IMG/VR virus record: IMGVR_UViG_3300005077_000029
Location: 1 to 46,203 of that record
Source: a virus
Length of the DNA: 46,203 bases
Reading direction: 5' to 3' (one strand)
Shown in pieces: positions 39,284 through 46,203 of the stretch. Position 1 is the first letter of the stretch; each line of letters starts with the position of its first letter. The position numbers were made by a program, and so were the translations under genes. Under the pieces are notes generated by a model. It was not told where the DNA came from. It was given only the letters and a program-made list of their open reading frames with translations, and made no database searches.

Positions 39284-39934
39284 ATGACCGAGAAACTTCT
39301 CAGCATCGAAGACCTTGATGCGTTTTTTGCTACAGCCCCGGCTAAGCCGAAAACAAAAACCAAAGCCGTACAACCCCCAAAACCCGAGCCGAAATACTGG
39401 ATTCCCACGGAGGTAGTTTTGTGGGAATCTCAGTGGGAATGTGCCTGCGGTGCTTGCGGGCCAGCAACTCCGGAGTTGTTCGTTCGTGAGGTCTGCGGAC
39501 GGCAATCCCGGCTCCGGGGGATTGGGAACCCCAAGCAATACGGCCTCCTCCCCCGAGTTGTTGAGCAAGCCCAGCCTTCCCAGGTCCAGGTCTGCCCAAC
39601 TTGTTTCGACGGGCAGACCGAGGGGGTGAAGGCCCAGCTAATCCTCCCTTTTCCGGAGGACTTGCGGGAGTTCGTGAGTAAAATCAACGAGGCCAAGCAC
39701 ACCGCCAGGGACATCCTAGCGGCCCTGGAAGAACTCCGACGAGACCCGCCAGCACCGATACCCACCCAGGTTATCAGAACCCGGGAGACCCCCTTGCCGC
39801 CTGACTGGGCGTTTATCCCAGGCGACGTGGAGTTCACCCGAGGGTCGAGTGTGGTTCACTACATCAGTTCAGCCACCGGAGAAACCGGACCGGCCCTTCC
39901 GCATTGCTACAAGGAGATAAACAATGAGTTTTGA
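39284..39934 (+). CDS. Hypothetical Cys-rich (zinc-ribbon-like) protein
   Basis: 216-aa ORF with AGGAG upstream; WECACGACG ... VCPTCFDG. Confidence 0.65.
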   Translation: MTEKLLSIEDLDAFFATAPAKPKTKTKAVQPPKPEPKYWIPTEVVLWESQWECACGACGPATPELFVREVCGRQSRLRGIGNPKQYGLLPRVVEQAQPSQVQVCPTCFDGQTEGVKAQLILPFPEDLREFVSKINEAKHTARDILAALEELRRDPPAPIPTQVIRTRETPLPPDWAFIPGDVEFTRGSSVVHYISSATGETGPALPHCYKEINNEF

Positions 39935-40253
39935 TGTCACCACGACTATCCTCGTACGGGCCTGGCAGGACAGCGGACACTGCTCCCGCTGCCCTTACCG
40001 GATTTACGAGCCGAACTTCGGCTGGGAGTGTGCAGCCGTCAAGGTAAGCCACTGCCCTGGCGCGCCAGAACAGGCAGCCGGGCTTATCCCCGAGAAATTC
40101 CCACCAGAGGAGCAGGAGTTCCTCTCCACCATGAACCACGAAGATGACCTCTTCCTTCCAGCCTACGCAAAAACGTTTGGCTATTCCCTCCCCACCGCAG
40201 AACGCCAGGCAGGTGCCTGGAAGCTGCTCAAATCTTTGAAGGAGCAATCATGA
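39924..40253 (+). CDS. Hypothetical protein
   Basis: 109-aa ORF with GGAG upstream; 11-nt overlap with the previous gene. Confidence 0.6.
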   Translation: MSFDVTTTILVRAWQDSGHCSRCPYRIYEPNFGWECAAVKVSHCPGAPEQAAGLIPEKFPPEEQEFLSTMNHEDDLFLPAYAKTFGYSLPTAERQAGAWKLLKSLKEQS

Positions 40254-40711
40254 AACGCCGCGATGCTTGCATTGAACTAGTCCGTCCGACCCTCCAGGGC
40301 CTCGAGCGCGAAATCGCCAGGGTCAGGGGCATCAGAAAAATGATCCTCTCCGACGAATACCAGGAACTAGTCACCTACCTTTCCACTGTCGGGGAGCCCA
40401 ATATCTTCGCCCACGGGGATATCAGTGTAACCATAGAAGTCCAGGGCTTCACCTTCGAGGCTGCCCCGGCGCTTTTCGAGGTCCTGGAAACCCTGGAGAA
40501 TTACGGGAGTTTCACCTCCTCTGACGCTCCAGACGCGGGGGTCAGGGTTTACACCATCTGGCCCGCCCAGTTCCCCAATACCTACGTCTCCATCGTCGCA
40601 AAGCTTAGCCAGGACTCTGCTGTATGCAGGCGTGTCTCCGTCGGCGTAAAGATGGAGTCCAAGCTCGTCTACGCTGACGTCCCCGTTGAGCAGTTCCAAT
40701 TCATCTGCTAA
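40250..40711 (+). CDS. Hypothetical protein
   Basis: 153-aa ORF; ATGA overlap. Confidence 0.6.
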   Translation: MKRRDACIELVRPTLQGLEREIARVRGIRKMILSDEYQELVTYLSTVGEPNIFAHGDISVTIEVQGFTFEAAPALFEVLETLENYGSFTSSDAPDAGVRVYTIWPAQFPNTYVSIVAKLSQDSAVCRRVSVGVKMESKLVYADVPVEQFQFIC

Positions 40712-40720
40712 GGATAGATC

Positions 40721-42175
40721 ATGAACCCCTCACCTTTCCAACAAGCAATCTTCGATTACATCGACAACTCCTCCCACAGCCTCATCATAGAAGCCGTTGC
40801 AGGTTCCGGGAAGACCACTACAATTGTAGAGGCCGTCTCCCGTCTCCCGAGCCAGGATTACATTTTCCTCGCTTTCAACAAATCAATTGCGGAGGAGCTG
40901 AAATTCCGAGGCGTCAAAGCGTCGACGTTCCACGCCCTCTGCTTTGCTGAGCTTAACTCCCGTCTCAGCAAACGGCCCAAGGTGGACTCGCGAAAAGTCC
41001 CCGGCATCTTCCAGGCCATTGCAACGGAGACAGAGCAGGAGGAATACTGGGAGATACCGAAGCTCGTATCCCTCGGGAAGAACTCCGCGTTGACCACGGA
41101 CTCTTCCAACGAAGAATGGGAGGATATTATCGACTCCCACGAGCTGTCCTTTCCGTCGGTCAGCCATGCGGTGAGTCTGGCCGAACGAGTGCTCCGAATC
41201 TCCAACGCCAGGCTGGATGTCATAGACTTCGACGATATGCTCTACATCCCCTGGCTGAAGAATTTTCGGATAAAGAGCTATGCCACCGTCTTTGTGGACG
41301 AGGCGCAGGACACCAATGCCCTGCAACTTGCCCTGCTGCAGTCCATTGTAGACCCGTTTGGCGGGCGGCTTATTGCAGTCGGGGATGAGCGCCAGGCTAT
41401 CTACGGTTTTCGCGGGGCCGGGACAGGCTCCATGGCCGCGATCGAACAGCGATTCGGCTGCACCAGACTCCCGCTGAGCATCAGCTACCGCTGTTCCAAA
41501 GCGGTGGTGGCGCAGGCAAAGGTACTCGTCCCCCAGATAGAAGCCTCCGAAACAGCCCCGGAGGGGAACGCGGCAGAGGTCACCTCCTGGGCGTTGAGGC
41601 ATCTTAAACCAGGAACCGCTGTTATCTGCCGGGTGAACAAGCCCCTGATCAAGCTTGCCTGGCGGCTCGTCCAGGCGGGCCAGCCCATCCGGTATCTCGG
41701 TCGGGACCTGGTTAAGGGGATGAAAAAGCTCATCGAGAAGCACGGCAAGCACGTCAACATGGAGACGCTTGTGGTAAGGCTGGAGGCCGAACGGGACAAG
41801 GAAATCCTCCAGGCGGAGAAGAAGGGCAAGACTAGCCTCATCCCGGGGATTGAAGACCGTTACGGGAGTATCCTTGCCCTGGCCGCCGAGCTCCCGCATC
41901 ACGCTACCCCGGCGGACCTTGTCACAGCAATCTCCCGCATCTTCACCGAAACGGACTCCGGCGGGGTAACCCTCTGCACAGTCCACAAATCCAAAGGGCT
42001 GGAGTGGGGATCGGTGTTTATTCTCGACCGAAACCACTACATGCCGCACCCGAGGGTACGGGAAGGCTGGCAGTTACAGCAGGAAATCAACATGCTGTAT
42101 GTGGCGATAACCAGGGCGAAACAGAACCTGTTGTTTATCTCATCTGAGAACTTTCAAGTGGAGGACGGGAAATGA
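40721..42175 (+). CDS. UvrD/PcrA-type SF1 DNA helicase
   Basis: 484-aa ORF. Walker A AVAGSGKTTT, Walker B VFVDEAQDTN, plus GDERQAIYGFRGA, TVHKSKGLEWGSVFIL and LYVAITRAKQNL. Confidence 0.9.
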   Translation: MNPSPFQQAIFDYIDNSSHSLIIEAVAGSGKTTTIVEAVSRLPSQDYIFLAFNKSIAEELKFRGVKASTFHALCFAELNSRLSKRPKVDSRKVPGIFQAIATETEQEEYWEIPKLVSLGKNSALTTDSSNEEWEDIIDSHELSFPSVSHAVSLAERVLRISNARLDVIDFDDMLYIPWLKNFRIKSYATVFVDEAQDTNALQLALLQSIVDPFGGRLIAVGDERQAIYGFRGAGTGSMAAIEQRFGCTRLPLSISYRCSKAVVAQAKVLVPQIEASETAPEGNAAEVTSWALRHLKPGTAVICRVNKPLIKLAWRLVQAGQPIRYLGRDLVKGMKKLIEKHGKHVNMETLVVRLEAERDKEILQAEKKGKTSLIPGIEDRYGSILALAAELPHHATPADLVTAISRIFTETDSGGVTLCTVHKSKGLEWGSVFILDRNHYMPHPRVREGWQLQQEINMLYVAITRAKQNLLFISSENFQVEDGK

Positions 42176-42318
42176 AAGTCGCGCTTTTTTGGAGTGGTAT
42201 TGGCCTGCTCTACCTCGGCGTAATACTCGGGTTTTTCTCCAGTTCAACCCTCGGCCTGGGTATTGTACTCCTCGCCGTTATTTGTTTTGGTATGGCTGCG
42301 GCCATGGAGGATAATTAA
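42172..42318 (+). CDS. 48-aa two-TM membrane peptide (below the ORF-track cutoff)
   Basis: My own translation is MKVALFWSGIGLLYLGVILGFFSSSTLGLGIVLLAVICFGMAAAMEDN. ATGA overlap with the helicase stop. Confidence 0.5.
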   Translation: MKVALFWSGIGLLYLGVILGFFSSSTLGLGIVLLAVICFGMAAAMEDN

Positions 42319-42319
42319 C

Positions 42320-42517
42320 ATGCTCAAAATCGACCAGACCACCGGGGAGGTTAGCTTTGCTCCCCCGGCAAAACCCCACATTATCCACCGGCGGCACCTG
42401 CAAGCGGCGTATGAGGAGCTTGCCCGGGAGGCGAATGTGCTCCTCTCCGACGACTGCCAGGCAACCCTCGCCGTGATCCGGGAGCTCTTGAGCGCGGAGG
42501 CTCCAAATGAATCTTGA
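42320..42517 (+). CDS. Hypothetical 65-aa protein
   Basis: ATG 42320 with GGAGGA 8 nt upstream; the ORF track's longer version (from 42263) overlaps the TM peptide. Confidence 0.55.
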   Translation: MLKIDQTTGEVSFAPPAKPHIIHRRHLQAAYEELAREANVLLSDDCQATLAVIRELLSAEAPNES

Positions 42518-42680
42518 GCTTTTCCGGGTATCCCCTGACACCGCAGTGCTGCTCGTCCGCAAGGACACTGAGGTTGTCTCCTTCGACTTCAACATCCCGG
42601 ACCTCCCACCCCCGCCAGAGCCCATTACGGACACCTGGCAAAGTCGAGTCCTGTGCCACTATTTCAAGGAGTTTCTATGA
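42507..42680 (+). CDS. Hypothetical 57-aa protein (below the ORF-track cutoff)
   Basis: My own translation is MNLELFRVSPDTAVLLVRKDTEVVSFDFNIPDLPPPPEPITDTWQSRVLCHYFKEFL. Its stop overlaps the next ATG (ATGA at 42677-42680). It fits better than ORF 42514..42870. Confidence 0.5.
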   Translation: MNLELFRVSPDTAVLLVRKDTEVVSFDFNIPDLPPPPEPITDTWQSRVLCHYFKEFL

Positions 42681-43126
42681 TCAAGACCAACATCCTCGAC
42701 CCGAGGATATCCCTGCCACGGCGGTTCAGCGCCTCCGTTTCCTACGACCTCCACCTCTGCTCAGTCGACGGCCAGCGCATTTCCGAAGACAGCCACTGGT
42801 CGGAGTACCTACTCCATGCAGGGGAGACCGTCCGCATCGGAACCGGCATCGCTTTTCAGCTGTCCCCTGACAACATCTGCGGGCTGATTATCCCAATGCC
42901 AGCTTTATGGCACCAAAAACTCAGCCTAGCCTACTCCCCGGTTCTAATCGACCCGAACTATCAAGGGGAGGTCCAGGTGTATCTCCACAATTATTCCAGT
43001 AAAGCTGTGGAGCTTGCTCCCCTCCTCCGGGTCGCCCAGATCCTTTTCGTCCAGCCCTATCTCCATGAGTTTATCCAGACTCCGGCGAACTGGGCACACC
43101 CCACCATCAACTCATCCAAACCATAG
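42677..43126 (+). CDS. Divergent dUTPase-superfamily protein
   Basis: ATG 42677 with AAGGAG upstream. Motif I-like SYDLHL, motif III-like VLIDPNYQGE, motif IV-like LLRVAQILF. I see no PRSS-type motif II and no Gly-rich motif V. Confidence 0.6.
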   Translation: MIKTNILDPRISLPRRFSASVSYDLHLCSVDGQRISEDSHWSEYLLHAGETVRIGTGIAFQLSPDNICGLIIPMPALWHQKLSLAYSPVLIDPNYQGEVQVYLHNYSSKAVELAPLLRVAQILFVQPYLHEFIQTPANWAHPTINSSKP

Positions 43127-43136
43127 AGGTATCATC

Positions 43137-43355
43137 ATGCCCCACAAACTCCCAACTGACAAAGTTCAACGCGAGGTGTACTTGCCCGTCCGGTACATCG
43201 CTATTGTCGATACGCTTCTCTTCGACCCGATGAAAGGGGGCCCCCGAAAAGGCTCTTTCTCGAACTACGTCACGGCACTCATCCACGACGACCTGATCAA
43301 AAAAGGTTTGTTGTCTGGGAAAAAAGATCTTGACAGTGACCAAACACCCGGATAA
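43137..43355 (+). CDS. Ribbon-helix-helix (Arc/CopG-like) DNA-binding protein
   Basis: 72-aa ORF; beta-strand REVYLPVRYI, then two helices (IAIVDTLL.., GSFSNYVTALIHDDLIKKG). Confidence 0.6.
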   Translation: MPHKLPTDKVQREVYLPVRYIAIVDTLLFDPMKGGPRKGSFSNYVTALIHDDLIKKGLLSGKKDLDSDQTPG

Positions 43356-43358
43356 AAT
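43330..43358 (+). promoter_or_regulatory. Sigma70-type promoter P5
   Basis: TTGACA (43330-43335), 17-nt spacer ending caCCCGGA, TAAAAT (43353-43358); overlaps the 3' end of the RHH gene. Confidence 0.65.
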
Positions 43359-43389
43359 TAACAATTACCGGAATTTTTAGGAGTTTCAG

Positions 43390-43608
43390 ATGACCGATTT
43401 GGAAAACATCTCACTGGAAGAAGTCCAGTCTCGTATTCTTGCCGGGGAGTCCTTCACAGCCGAGGAGTATCGAGCAATCATCGAGCGCTACCGGGGCGAC
43501 CGCAAATCCGCTGCCGCCACCTCCGCGAAGAGCAAAGCGAAAAAAGCCGAAGGGGAAATCCCGGCCTTCGACCTCTTCGCGGAGATTAATCAGGCAATGG
43601 GAGGGTAA
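43390..43608 (+). CDS. Hypothetical 72-aa protein
   Basis: AGGAG 7 nt upstream; Lys/Ala-rich middle. Confidence 0.6.
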   Translation: MTDLENISLEEVQSRILAGESFTAEEYRAIIERYRGDRKSAAATSAKSKAKKAEGEIPAFDLFAEINQAMGG

Positions 43609-43609
43609 G

Positions 43610-43852
43610 ATGAACATCTATCTCATCAAGCGAACGGATCGCTGGGGGTATGATAACTACGACTCTGTAGTTGTCGCAGCGGAGTCTGCTGAAGAAGCTG
43701 TGAAGATCAACCCGGACATTGAAGGCTGGGATTGTGAAGCGGGTTTCAGCTCCTGGGCCGCCTCCCCTGATCTGGTGCAGGCTACCCTCCTCGGCACAGC
43801 GGCTCCCGATACCGAGTCTGGGATTATCCTCGCCTCTTTCAACGGGGGGTAG
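43610..43852 (+). CDS. Hypothetical 80-aa protein
   Basis: ATG 43610 (MNIYLIKRTDRWGYDNYDSVVVAAESAEEA..), 1 nt after the previous stop. Confidence 0.55.
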   Translation: MNIYLIKRTDRWGYDNYDSVVVAAESAEEAVKINPDIEGWDCEAGFSSWAASPDLVQATLLGTAAPDTESGIILASFNGG

Positions 43853-43855
43853 ACT

Positions 43856-44737
43856 ATGTCATTCCCCTACTTCGTTGACAACACCCAGCGGGAGGCCTTC
43901 GTCGCCTGCCCGCTGAAGTGGAAGCGCCAGTTCATCGACAACCTTGCGCCGTCGCAGCCTTCCATCCACCTCCATGCGGGGGGCTGTCTCGCCTCCGCAA
44001 TCGAGGTCACCCGGCGGTGCTTTTACGAGCACGGCTTCACCGAGTCCGAGTCCCTCTCCCAGGGGCTGCAGAAGCTCATCATTTCCTGGGGGGACACCTC
44101 CTTCGGGGACGATACAGCGAAGTCCCTCCCCCGGATGATCTGGGCGTTCGACGACTATTTCCGCCACCATAGGCTCCCGGACGACCCGATCAAGCCTCTG
44201 ATGAAGGAAGGTCGAGCCGCAGTCGAGTTCTCCTTCTCCATCCCACTCCCCATTAACAACCCAGACTCCGGCGATCCCCTGATGTACGTCGGCCGCTTTG
44301 ACATGCTGGGTGTCTTCAACGACTCCATCTTCGTGGTCGACGAGAAGACGACCTCGCAACTCGGTCAAACGTGGGCGCAGCAGTGGGACCTCAAGTCCCA
44401 GTTCACTGGGTACTGCGCGGCTGCCCGGGAGTACGGCTACCCAGTCGCCGGGGCAATCATTCGCGGCATCGGCCTGCTCAAGAACGAGACCTCCTTCGCG
44501 GAGGTGATTCAGTACCGGCCCGACTGGCAGATCAACCGCTGGTGGACGCAGACCCTCCGTGATATCCAGCGCATGGTGGATTCCTACACCACCGGGGTCT
44601 ACGATGCAGCCTTGGCCGAGCCGTGTTCCCAGTACGGTGGTTGCGCCTTCCGCCGCCTCTGCCTCTCCCAAGACCCTGAAGCCTGGATCGAAGGCTACTT
44701 CGTCGAGCGCCGCTGGGACCCGTTAGCAAAGCACTGA
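43856..44737 (+). CDS. Cas4/RecB-like PD-(D/E)xK exonuclease with four-Cys (Fe-S type) arrangement
   Basis: 293-aa ORF. Core GRFDMLGV..IFVVDEKTTSQ; one N-terminal Cys (FVACPLKW) plus a C-terminal CSQYGGCAFRRLC. Confidence 0.75.
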   Translation: MSFPYFVDNTQREAFVACPLKWKRQFIDNLAPSQPSIHLHAGGCLASAIEVTRRCFYEHGFTESESLSQGLQKLIISWGDTSFGDDTAKSLPRMIWAFDDYFRHHRLPDDPIKPLMKEGRAAVEFSFSIPLPINNPDSGDPLMYVGRFDMLGVFNDSIFVVDEKTTSQLGQTWAQQWDLKSQFTGYCAAAREYGYPVAGAIIRGIGLLKNETSFAEVIQYRPDWQINRWWTQTLRDIQRMVDSYTTGVYDAALAEPCSQYGGCAFRRLCLSQDPEAWIEGYFVERRWDPLAKH

Positions 44738-44746
44738 TTTATCAAC

Positions 44747-44777
44747 CCCCGGGGAATACGCAACCGCATCCCCGGGG
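44747..44777. repeat. 31-bp CCCCGGGG dyad element, degenerate right arm
   Basis: CCCCGGGGAATA-cgcaacc-gcatCCCCGGGG followed by cttt; lies between the nuclease stop and the next RBS. Confidence 0.75.
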
Positions 44778-44796
44778 CTTTCATAGGAGCCGTACC

Positions 44797-45015
44797 ATGT
44801 CAACTATCAGCATCCGCATCCATTTCGACTACGAAGACATCACCATTGACAGAGCCGATCTTATCCAGTGGCTTGATGACGACGGGGAAGACCTCGACGG
44901 CGACGAGACCGACGAGGAACTCCTGGCTATGCTTTCCGAGGGGAACATCTCCGAGTTCGCGGAAAACTACGCTAACTGCCCCGACGCGATCCGTGCTGAG
45001 GTAGCCACAGAATGA
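44797..45015 (+). CDS. Highly acidic 72-aa protein
   Basis: AGGAG (44785-44789) upstream; 22 Asp+Glu against 3 Arg by my count (..WLDDDGEDLDGDETDEELL..); ATGA overlap with the Sak4-like gene. Confidence 0.65.
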   Translation: MSTISIRIHFDYEDITIDRADLIQWLDDDGEDLDGDETDEELLAMLSEGNISEFAENYANCPDAIRAEVATE

Positions 45016-45818
45016 ACGTCCCTGGCCCAAAAATTCTCCTCGTCGGCTCAACCGGCACGGGCAAGACCCATGCCCTCCGTACCCTCCTCGATGCAGGGTT
45101 GGAGGTTTTCGGCATCTTCACCGAGCCGGGGATGGAGGTCCTCTCCGACACCAATCCGGCCCGGATGCACTGGCACTACATCCCTCCGGCCTCTACCCCT
45201 TGGGAGCAGATGATCGACTCGGCCCGCAAGATAAACACTATGTCGTTTGAGTCCCTCACCAAGCTTTCCGACATCAACAAGCGTCAGCACACGGAGTTAC
45301 TGGACCTCCTCACCACCCTGTCCAACTTCAAGTGCGACAGGACTGGGGAAGTGTTCGGGCCAGTGGATTCCTTCGGGACTGATCGGGCGGTTTTCATCGA
45401 CTCCCTCTCCGGCCTCAACATCATGGCGATGAACCTCGTCACCGGAACCAAGCCGGTGAAGTCGACGGCGGACTGGGGTGTGGCAATGGACAACCTCGAG
45501 CGCCTCATCATCAAGCTCACGGTGGACCTTGCTTGCACCTTTGTCCTCACCGCCCACCTCGAACGTGAGGCCGATGAAGTCACGGGTGGTATCCAGCTCA
45601 TGGCTTCAACCCTCGGAAAGAAGCTGGCCCCGCGCCTTCCTCGCTTCTTCTCCGACGTCATCCACGCAAAACGTGAAGGAGATAAATTCTCATGGAGTAC
45701 AGCAACTTTCAACGTGGACTTGAAGGCTCGCAACGTCCCGATTTCAGAAGCGATCCCTCCGAGCTTTGTTCCCCTGCTGGAAAAATGGAAAACAAGGCAA
45801 AGCAGTCCGAATTCGTAG
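45012..45818 (+). CDS. Sak4-like (AAA_24) RecA-fold recombination ATPase
   Basis: 268-aa ORF; Walker A LLVGSTGTGKTH, Walker B AVFIDSLSG; ~270 aa and adjacent to a DUF669-like gene. Confidence 0.75.
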   Translation: MNVPGPKILLVGSTGTGKTHALRTLLDAGLEVFGIFTEPGMEVLSDTNPARMHWHYIPPASTPWEQMIDSARKINTMSFESLTKLSDINKRQHTELLDLLTTLSNFKCDRTGEVFGPVDSFGTDRAVFIDSLSGLNIMAMNLVTGTKPVKSTADWGVAMDNLERLIIKLTVDLACTFVLTAHLEREADEVTGGIQLMASTLGKKLAPRLPRFFSDVIHAKREGDKFSWSTATFNVDLKARNVPISEAIPPSFVPLLEKWKTRQSSPNS

Positions 45819-46045
45819 AAGCCATTCTGCAGATTCAGAGCCGCCTTGATATCCTGTACAACGTGTGCGGTACTATCGAAGAGAGGCTCGAACCCGTTTG
45901 CAGAGAGGAGCCGGGCAAGGAATCTGGACAAATTCAAGAAATCCCTGGTACCTCCCCTCTCGGCAGAGAGCTCTTTCATATATCCTACAGAATCCAGGAT
46001 CTCATAAGTAACCTCCAAAGGCTTAATTCCTCTCTCGAGCTCTAA
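45785..46045 (+). CDS. Hypothetical 86-aa coiled-coil protein
   Basis: ATG 45785 (MENKAKQSEF..) overlaps the Sak4-like 3' end by 34 nt; RBS is weak. Confidence 0.45.
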   Translation: MENKAKQSEFVEAILQIQSRLDILYNVCGTIEERLEPVCREEPGKESGQIQEIPGTSPLGRELFHISYRIQDLISNLQRLNSSLEL

Positions 46046-46103
46046 AAGACCCTGGGCTGAGTCTCTAAACCCGCCTACATTTCATTTCATCTTTTCAGGA
46101 GCA

Positions 46104-46203
46104 TTAAAATGTCCGTGTTCGATCCTCAATCCTTCATGCAAGCTCAATTCACCGAAGCCAACGAAACCGAGTTCAAGGCTCCCGCCGAAGGCGAGTACCC
46201 CGG
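46104..46203. repeat. Contig-end direct repeat, copy 2
   Basis: Identical to bases 1-100. Confidence 0.95.

Noticed and set aside
42514-42870. 118-aa ORF spanning the gap before the dUTPase-like gene
   Set aside because: It is a Ser/Pro/Arg-rich off-frame translation that overlaps the dUTPase-like gene. The 57-aa ORF 42507..42680, with ATGA coupling, explains the gap better.
40883-46018. Minus-strand ORFs antisense to the helicase (40883..42049), Cas4-like nuclease (43859..44671) and Sak4-like gene (45284..46018)
   Set aside because: Each lies fully within a plus-strand gene that has clear catalytic motifs. The translations lack motifs and look like frame shadows.
1-46203. tRNA, rRNA, integrase or transposase genes
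   Set aside because: The intergenic regions are short apart from the 35.6-36.3 kb hub, and none folds into an obvious cloverleaf by eye. No ORF shows tyrosine or serine recombinase or DDE motifs. This is absence by inspection only; tRNAscan-SE and hmmscan would be decisive.

Overview
The window is a complete, circularly closed dsDNA phage genome. Bases 1-100 repeat exactly at 46104-46203, so the unique length is 46103 bp. Two transcription arms diverge near 35.0 kb and converge, with overlap, near 5.9 kb.

Minus-strand late arm (34918 -> 5855): TerS-like HTH protein, PD-(D/E)xK nuclease, TerL, portal, scaffold, major capsid. These are followed by a two-domain glycosyltransferase and a lysis cassette (DUF5675-like protein, holin, embedded Rz/Rz1-type spanins, small TM peptides). 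Next come four receptor-binding or fibre proteins (FGE/C-type-lectin-fold, Gly-rich, 3x LamG), three ejection-type proteins and a 2445-aa polyvalent-type giant virion protein.

Plus-strand early/replication arm (35141 -> junction -> 5931): small ORFs, UvrD-like helicase, divergent dUTPase-like protein, RHH protein, Cas4-like nuclease, Sak4-like ATPase, DUF669-like protein, ParB-methyltransferase fusion, UDG-family A polymerase fusion, DUF3987-like NTPase.

No tail tube, sheath or tape-measure gene is seen, so the virion is probably podovirus-like. The spanins imply a diderm host. I saw no integrase, tRNA, CRISPR array or reverse transcriptase.

Most notable signals:
1. A family of 31-bp CCCCGGGG-N15-CCCCGGGG dyad elements with fixed geometry at four loci, plus five single cores.
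2. A ~470-bp modular imperfect palindrome with 10-bp iterons and an AT-rich core, insulated between a terminator and a promoter (candidate origin or regulatory hub).
3. A giant virion protein with an HExxH motif, polyvalent-protein-like modules and a membrane-associated C-terminus.
4. A very GC-rich fibre domain whose C-terminus looks like a DGR variable region, although the genome has no RT or template repeat.
5. A coding-frame conflict inside the glycosyltransferase gene next to the capsid gene.

All family names come from motif recognition by eye; nothing was searched.
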